From: Candidatus Moraniibacteriota bacterium
GTDB taxonomy: Bacteria > Patescibacteriota > Minisyncoccia > Moranbacterales > DUUL01
Direction: 5' to 3'
NCBI GenBank assembly: GCA_027008775.1
Contig: JALVDV010000001.1
Location: 73,934 to 137,933 of the forward strand
DNA: 64,000 nt
The notes beneath the pieces are model-generated. The model worked only from the letters and a program-made list of their open reading frames with translations. It was not told the DNA's origin and did no database searches. A program made the translations under genes and the position numbers. The stretch's first letter is position 1. Each line of letters starts with the position of its first letter. Shown in pieces: positions 59,080 to 64,000 of the stretch.

Positions 59080-59270
59080 TTGTTACGATTATAATATAAT
59101 GTTTTATCGTGAAAGTCAAAAATTTTGAAATCTGCCTGCTTGCTACTTTTTCCTCTTTATCCATTAACAATCCCTCTCTTATTCGCTTACCAACATCATA
59201 TTCCCACCACTCAATACTTTTTTATTATCCGCCAACAAGCACTCCTTCCCGCTGATGAATGAAAATCTCA

Positions 59271-60080
59271 CTAAACCAACTCCCCTTTCAAAAATTTTTT
59301 CCTCTTTCTCTCATCCATTCTTTCAATGGCGTAACGGAGAGTGGTGCGGGGAATTTTATTGTAATTTTTAATCAAAAATTGTTCCACTTGTTTTTGCGCT
59401 TTTTTACCTTCATCTTTCTTGTTTATAAACCCACCCCGTTGGTTTCCTTTAGATACACGAGCAGATTTCCTGCCACCTTCTCCCAATTTCCAACACTCCC
59501 TCAACATCCACCCCACCGCCTTGTGTATTAAATCCTCTTTATCCGCTAATAATTTCCTTGCTAAACGCAAAGTTAAATCTATTTTTCCATTTTTAATAAA
59601 AGCCCAAGAAGCGATAACGGCAATCCGCCTATCCCACATTGACGAGGAATTAACTAATTCTGTTAAAATACTTCTCGGCTTTAGCCTATCAAAAACCGCT
59701 CGTCCCAAAATATAGTGCGCCGACAAATCAACCAAATCCCAATTATTTACCCACCCTTTATTTCGCAAATAGAGATTAACGATTTTTTTCTGTTTCAGAC
59801 GATTTCCACTTTTAATCACCTTCTCATTTTCCTCAACCAAAACCAGCAACGCCAACAATCGCTCTTCATGTACTTCTGACCGCAAAAGCTTTAGCAAATC
59901 TTTATCTATCAATCCAACAAACCGCTTGGCTATCTTCCGGAGATCCGGTACTCTTACTCCAATAAATTTATCCTTCTTCTCGCCCTCTTCCGTGATAACT
60001 CTAAAGAAACGCTGATAGTTTTTCTTTTGTTTCTGGGAAATATATTTAACTAATTCTTCCCTGATTTTTTTAACCGCCAT
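59271..60080 (-). CDS. DNA alkylation repair protein (AlkD family)
   Basis: FIGVRVPDLR, HEERLLAL, VNNWDLVD, WDRRIA, DLIHKAVGWMLRE, PRTTLRYAIER. Confidence 0.93.
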   Translation of the reverse strand: MAVKKIREELVKYISQKQKKNYQRFFRVITEEGEKKDKFIGVRVPDLRKIAKRFVGLIDKDLLKLLRSEVHEERLLALLVLVEENEKVIKSGNRLKQKKIVNLYLRNKGWVNNWDLVDLSAHYILGRAVFDRLKPRSILTELVNSSSMWDRRIAVIASWAFIKNGKIDLTLRLARKLLADKEDLIHKAVGWMLRECWKLGEGGRKSARVSKGNQRGGFINKKDEGKKAQKQVEQFLIKNYNKIPRTTLRYAIERMDERKRKKFLKGELV

Positions 60081-60100
60081 TAAGCAAACAACCGCTTAAA

Positions 60101-61426
60101 CTATTTTTTTTGTTTCCCATTTTTCTTAGCCTTTTTACGCTCCTCACCCTTCTTACCTCTCTTCTTGCCTTTACTCCTCCTGTCATCACCCCCTCTGCCA
60201 GTCATCCTATTTTTCGCCATCCATCCTAGTAGGCCGGCAATCACTAAGAGTAAAATGATTATCAACCATTGATAAATGTTTAGTGGATTGCCGCTCTTGC
60301 TTCCGCTATTGTCTGTTTCGGAAGCGTTTACTGAGGAAGTGGTTTGATTGGCTACTTCATTAGTAGAGGTAGCCGGAGTTACATTGGTTTCCGTTTCAGA
60401 ATGATCAACAACTGTTTCTTCCTCAACCGCCCCTCTTTCAGCGGTTAAACCTTTCTCGCCGGCAACAATTTCAAATTTATTTCTATCTGTTTTATAAACT
60501 TCCTCCCCATTCCAGTAGCCTTTCAAATACCACTGGTATTTCCCCGGGGACAACCGCCTGTCACTTGTATAACTCGTGCCATTCAAATCAACTTCCGCAT
60601 CAAAAACTCTATCCCCATTCTCCTTTTTTAATACCAAAACCAATTTACTTAAATCATAGGAGTGATTTCTCTCACTCCAAACAAAAGTCGGCGTTTGGTC
60701 GGTGATTTTTTCACCATCTCCCGGGAAAATCAAATGCAAAACCTCCGTACGCTCAGTCACCCCATCATCGGAATCATCTGTATGACCCATCTCGTCTCCG
60801 CCCCCTTCTCCGATATTATCTCTATACTCCACTGTTAAATAAGAAGGACTACCCCGTCTGCCAATAGCCATCAACCAACCGGTATTGTATCGAAATACTG
60901 ACATTCCTTTATCCGGATCCAAACTACCATCTAACCAACCACGCACCAGAGGAGTAATGTCAACTGTTTTCCAATCTCCGGTACTTAAATCAACATCCGC
61001 CAGAACAGAATGGGCAGTGTCAAAAAGAGATGCCGGCTGCCGGGCCCATGTTACTTCAGTCGCATTCCAGGAGTGAGCAGCCGGACGAATTCTTAATCGT
61101 GCCTCATTGTTTCCCAAGTGAGATATAACTCTAAAATGCCATTCCGCTTTAACCAATTCTTGTCCCGAATGATGCGGAATATTTTCAAACTTTATATAAG
61201 CACCTGCTAAAGTCCGCCGAGAAGTACTTGGATTGGTGTAATCCGCCACCAATAAATATGGTCGCGAATTCAGGTTTGTATGCTGGTAGGCGAAGTCAAT
61301 ATAAATGTCTTCTTTTTTCGGCACCGTATACCGACTGGCGAAACTTGCCCTGGGAAACAGTGTCAACAGAAACACTCCGCCCAAAACAACCACCAACCAG
61401 CGACCTTTTTTGTTTTCTTTTCGCAT
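60101..61426 (-). CDS. Surface protein: signal peptide, DNRLRE/CBM96-like domain, Ig-like domain, C-terminal TM anchor
   Basis: W.ATEVTWARQP, VDITPLVRGW, DQTPTFVW, S/T-rich stalk, TM and basic tail. Confidence 0.75.
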   Translation of the reverse strand: MRKENKKGRWLVVVLGGVFLLTLFPRASFASRYTVPKKEDIYIDFAYQHTNLNSRPYLLVADYTNPSTSRRTLAGAYIKFENIPHHSGQELVKAEWHFRVISHLGNNEARLRIRPAAHSWNATEVTWARQPASLFDTAHSVLADVDLSTGDWKTVDITPLVRGWLDGSLDPDKGMSVFRYNTGWLMAIGRRGSPSYLTVEYRDNIGEGGGDEMGHTDDSDDGVTERTEVLHLIFPGDGEKITDQTPTFVWSERNHSYDLSKLVLVLKKENGDRVFDAEVDLNGTSYTSDRRLSPGKYQWYLKGYWNGEEVYKTDRNKFEIVAGEKGLTAERGAVEEETVVDHSETETNVTPATSTNEVANQTTSSVNASETDNSGSKSGNPLNIYQWLIIILLLVIAGLLGWMAKNRMTGRGGDDRRSKGKKRGKKGEERKKAKKNGKQKK

Positions 61427-61520
61427 ATTTTCCTATTAATTTTTAAAATTATGCTCTACTTATTTCGAAATTACTAATGAGATTTTCATATTATTCCCTC
61501 ACAAATGCATTCCGCTGTTC

Positions 61521-61826
61521 TCAGTTTCCAAATTTTTCAATCGTCTCTTTTGCCTTTTCTACCAGCTCTTTTAAACTTACCCCATTTATTGCTATAGTAT
61601 TTTCTCTTTTCCAACTGGGCAAACCAATATTAAAAACAAAAAGATATTCCCCTTTCTTAATTTTCTCCATAGGGCCAACATATTTTATATTAACCGGATT
61701 ATTATATTTCTGCCTTAAAATCTCCTTGGCCCGCCTGGCAATTTTTTTACACTCCCCCTCTTTCTCTACTAAATATCTCTCAGTATTCCCGTCTTTCCCC
61801 AAATCAATTTTCTCCAAATTTCCCAC
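61521..61826 (-). CDS. Hypothetical protein
   Basis: ORF with minus-strand codon bias; start uncertain. Confidence 0.5.
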   Translation of the reverse strand: MGNLEKIDLGKDGNTERYLVEKEGECKKIARRAKEILRQKYNNPVNIKYVGPMEKIKKGEYLFVFNIGLPSWKRENTIAINGVSLKELVEKAKETIEKFGN

Positions 61827-61923
61827 GTCTTTTTGTTTTTTCTGTTAATTTTTAAATTCAAATTATTTTCTTTCAAAAGCTGTCCTCATTCCTGACATTT
61901 CTAACGAAACCAAAATCAGCCAG

Positions 61924-62310
61924 TCAACCCAGCAACGCCTCCCGCCCTTTGACCACTTGCCAAAAAAGCGCTAACAACAAAACAATCATCGGCACAACAT
62001 AACGCATCAAAATTTTACTGTGACGATAAGAAATATTCACCCCCAACATTCTCAAGTAGGGATACAAAAAAACTGCTTCCTTGTCATTGGGAAAATGCCA
62101 TTTATTTATCAAGCAACCATTCAAAGCAAAAAATTGTAATTCCAACAAAACAACCCCCAGTAAAATCGACTTCCAAAACAGCAACAAAGGCGAAAGAAGA
62201 AAAAGAACCTCCAAAAGCAAATGTAACCAAAAGAAAGGGCCGAATAAAACTGCTCTACTATAACGTCGGTAATTAAACTCTTGATTATTTTTTCGCGAGC
62301 AACTGTTCAT
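61924..62310 (-). CDS. Small membrane protein
   Basis: Three hydrophobic segments, H..GCL motif; overlaps the ppa stop. Confidence 0.65.
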   Translation of the reverse strand: MNSCSRKNNQEFNYRRYSRAVLFGPFFWLHLLLEVLFLLSPLLLFWKSILLGVVLLELQFFALNGCLINKWHFPNDKEAVFLYPYLRMLGVNISYRHSKILMRYVVPMIVLLLALFWQVVKGREALLG

Positions 62311-62812
62311 ACTTTTTTATCGCTTTTTTAATTTTCTTCTTGGCTTTTTGAGCAGAAGCAAATCCCCCTATTTCCAGTTTAGTTTCCTCTCCGTCTTTAT
62401 ATCTTTTGGTCCACTCGGCAATCTCCGAAAATATTTCCTGTTTTCTATCGTCAAGCCTTCTCCGCCAAAAATCATCACTGGCAATAACTGCTATTATCTT
62501 ATCATCTTCTTGGCTTTCATCAAGCATTTTCATCAGACCAACAACTTCAACTCTCACCACTTTTCCTCGCGACAGCTTGTCCTGCGTCAACACAATAACA
62601 TCTAAGGGATCGCCATCTGCAGTAATGGTCCGAGGAACAAAACCATAATCAAAAATAAACATTTGCTCGCCAGACAGCTTCTTTTCCAAAACAAAATCAG
62701 CCTTCTGTAAATCATATTCGTACTTATCCCGCGAATTTTTCAAAATTTCTATCACCGCATTAAATGTACCATCGCTATTCTCCGCCTTTACTGTCTGCCA
62801 AAGATTTCTCAT
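62285..62812 (-). CDS. ppa: Family I inorganic pyrophosphatase
   Basis: VIEI, KYEYD, YGFVPRT, DGDPLDVIV, M.DESQEDDKIIAV. Confidence 0.92.
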   Translation of the reverse strand: MRNLWQTVKAENSDGTFNAVIEILKNSRDKYEYDLQKADFVLEKKLSGEQMFIFDYGFVPRTITADGDPLDVIVLTQDKLSRGKVVRVEVVGLMKMLDESQEDDKIIAVIASDDFWRRRLDDRKQEIFSEIAEWTKRYKDGEETKLEIGGFASAQKAKKKIKKAIKKYEQLLAKK

Positions 62813-62819
62813 CGCTTTA

Positions 62820-63596
62820 TTATCTCTTTAAAAAAACCATCAAAGGAAAGATAACCACTGCCCGCCAAACTCGGCGCCAGCGATAACGAGGCTCCAAAAA
62901 CAATCGCCACAACCACTCTAATCCAATTTCACGCATCCACCACGGCGCTCGCCTGATTTTTCCAGTCAAAAAATCAAAACTGCCACCCACGCCCATCGCC
63001 AGTTTTACACCAGTATCTTGTAAATTGTGTAACAATATTTCTTGTTGTGGCGCGCCGAGCGCACAAAACAAAACATCCGATTTATGATTTAAGATATAAG
63101 ACTTGAGAGAACGCGGAACTACATTGTTTCCTGAATCATAAATCATAAATCTTAAATCTTTTTTATTTTTTTCTATGGCAACATTCATTCCTTTAATTTC
63201 TAAATCAGGATATTTTTTTTTCATCACTTCCGCAATCTCTTGCCAGGTAGTCAGTCCTCTTTTATTTGCAATTAAAAAAACTCTCTGTTTCTTTTTGTTG
63301 GCAACCTTCAAAACCTCCTGCATTAAATCCACCCCCGGCCAACGACAACGTAAACTTTTTCCCTGCCACCAAGTGACCAGTTTTACTCCGAAGCCGTCGG
63401 CAATATTCAGAACTCTTTTAGCATTTAAAATTTTTCTGAATTCAACATTTTTTTGCCCCTCCAAGATAATCTCCGGATTAACCGTCACAATTTGATAGAA
63501 TTTTTTATTCTTATTACTCAAAACAAAATCTACTTTTTGTAAAATTTCTTCTCGTGACAAATTATCAATTTTGACACTCAAGCATTTAAAATTCAT
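62820..63596 (-). CDS. WecB/TagA/CpsF family glycosyltransferase
   Basis: VTVNPE, ADGFG, GVDL, ALGAPQQE, GVGGSFDF, RAP.WM...GLEWLWRL..EP. Confidence 0.93.
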   Translation of the reverse strand: MNFKCLSVKIDNLSREEILQKVDFVLSNKNKKFYQIVTVNPEIILEGQKNVEFRKILNAKRVLNIADGFGVKLVTWWQGKSLRCRWPGVDLMQEVLKVANKKKQRVFLIANKRGLTTWQEIAEVMKKKYPDLEIKGMNVAIEKNKKDLRFMIYDSGNNVVPRSLKSYILNHKSDVLFCALGAPQQEILLHNLQDTGVKLAMGVGGSFDFLTGKIRRAPWWMREIGLEWLWRLFLEPRYRWRRVWRAVVIFPLMVFLKR

Positions 63597-63685
63597 TTCC
63601 GTCCCAATTATGATTCATTAGACCTGGGATACAATATTTTAAATTTCCAGTCCAAGGCTGGTCAGCCAGCGGAAAAATTTAAAAT

Positions 63686-64000
63686 TTAAAATTTTCCATT
63701 TTTTATCTCGTTCAAAAACTCCTTTATTTTTTCAACACTCTCGTCATCCAAGATACTGAGAGTTCGGATATTCTTGTTATATCTTTTCAACTTCTTCTTT
63801 ATTTTCTCCAAATCCTCCTGACTCACCTCATCAATCCGACTCAATATTATCCATTCCGGTTTTTGTAACAACTTTTCGTTGTATTTACCCAGCTCCCGTC
63901 GTACAATCAAATAATCATTAACCGGATCCAGACTATCCGCCGCTATAAAATGAAATAACATCTTCGTCCTTTCAATATGTTGCAAAAATTTATGTCCCAA
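63686..64000 (-). CDS. obgE: GTPase ObgE, C-terminal part (5' end outside the window)
   Basis: LGHKFLQHIERT..L.H.I, DY..VRRELGKYNEKLLQKP. Confidence 0.88.
   Translation of the reverse strand: MGHKFLQHIERTKMLFHFIAADSLDPVNDYLIVRRELGKYNEKLLQKPEWIILSRIDEVSQEDLEKIKKKLKRYNKNIRTLSILDDESVEKIKEFLNEIKNGKF

Noticed and set aside
50900-59100. Classical integron attC cassette array
   Set aside because: The palindromes lack RYYYAAC/GTTRRRY ends and extrahelical bases, and there is no intI in the window.
180-63495. Numerous short antisense or overlapping ORFs in the six-frame track
   Set aside because: They are shadows of well-supported genes on the other strand or frame, with no motifs or start signals.

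Overview
This is a low-GC bacterial chromosomal window read in genetic code 11. Gene content (archaeal-type pyrH, TrpR/YerC-like regulator, many glycosyltransferases, housekeeping genes mostly lacking Shine-Dalgarno motifs) suggests Patescibacteria/CPR, which is an inference. From left to right: a minus-strand glycosylation locus ending in a divergent RtcB-like gene (absent from the ORF track); housekeeping genes (U32 protein, galU, ftsB-like, glyA, folD); a ~3 kb locus with a consensus promoter, a ~1.1 kb heavily base-paired leader, an ORFan and a structured trailer; an RND efflux pair; a 6S-like hairpin RNA; ruvA, femABX-like, murE, rpmA, pyrH; a 10 kb surface-polysaccharide cluster; gltX, maf and tRNA-Val(GAC); and a 50-60 kb accessory and pseudogene strip. 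That strip holds IS200- and IS481-family elements inside one GrpB-like gene, all four copies of an identical 36-bp palindrome (one on the promoter of a TrpR-like gene) and two of the four copies of a 28-bp palindrome. The window ends with ppa, a tagA-like gene and the 3' end of obgE. The best candidates for undescribed biology are the large structured-RNA/ORFan locus (18.9-21.9 kb) and the palindrome-delimited gene strip with its TrpR-like protein (52.6-59.1 kb). All calls come from manual reading; no database searches were run.
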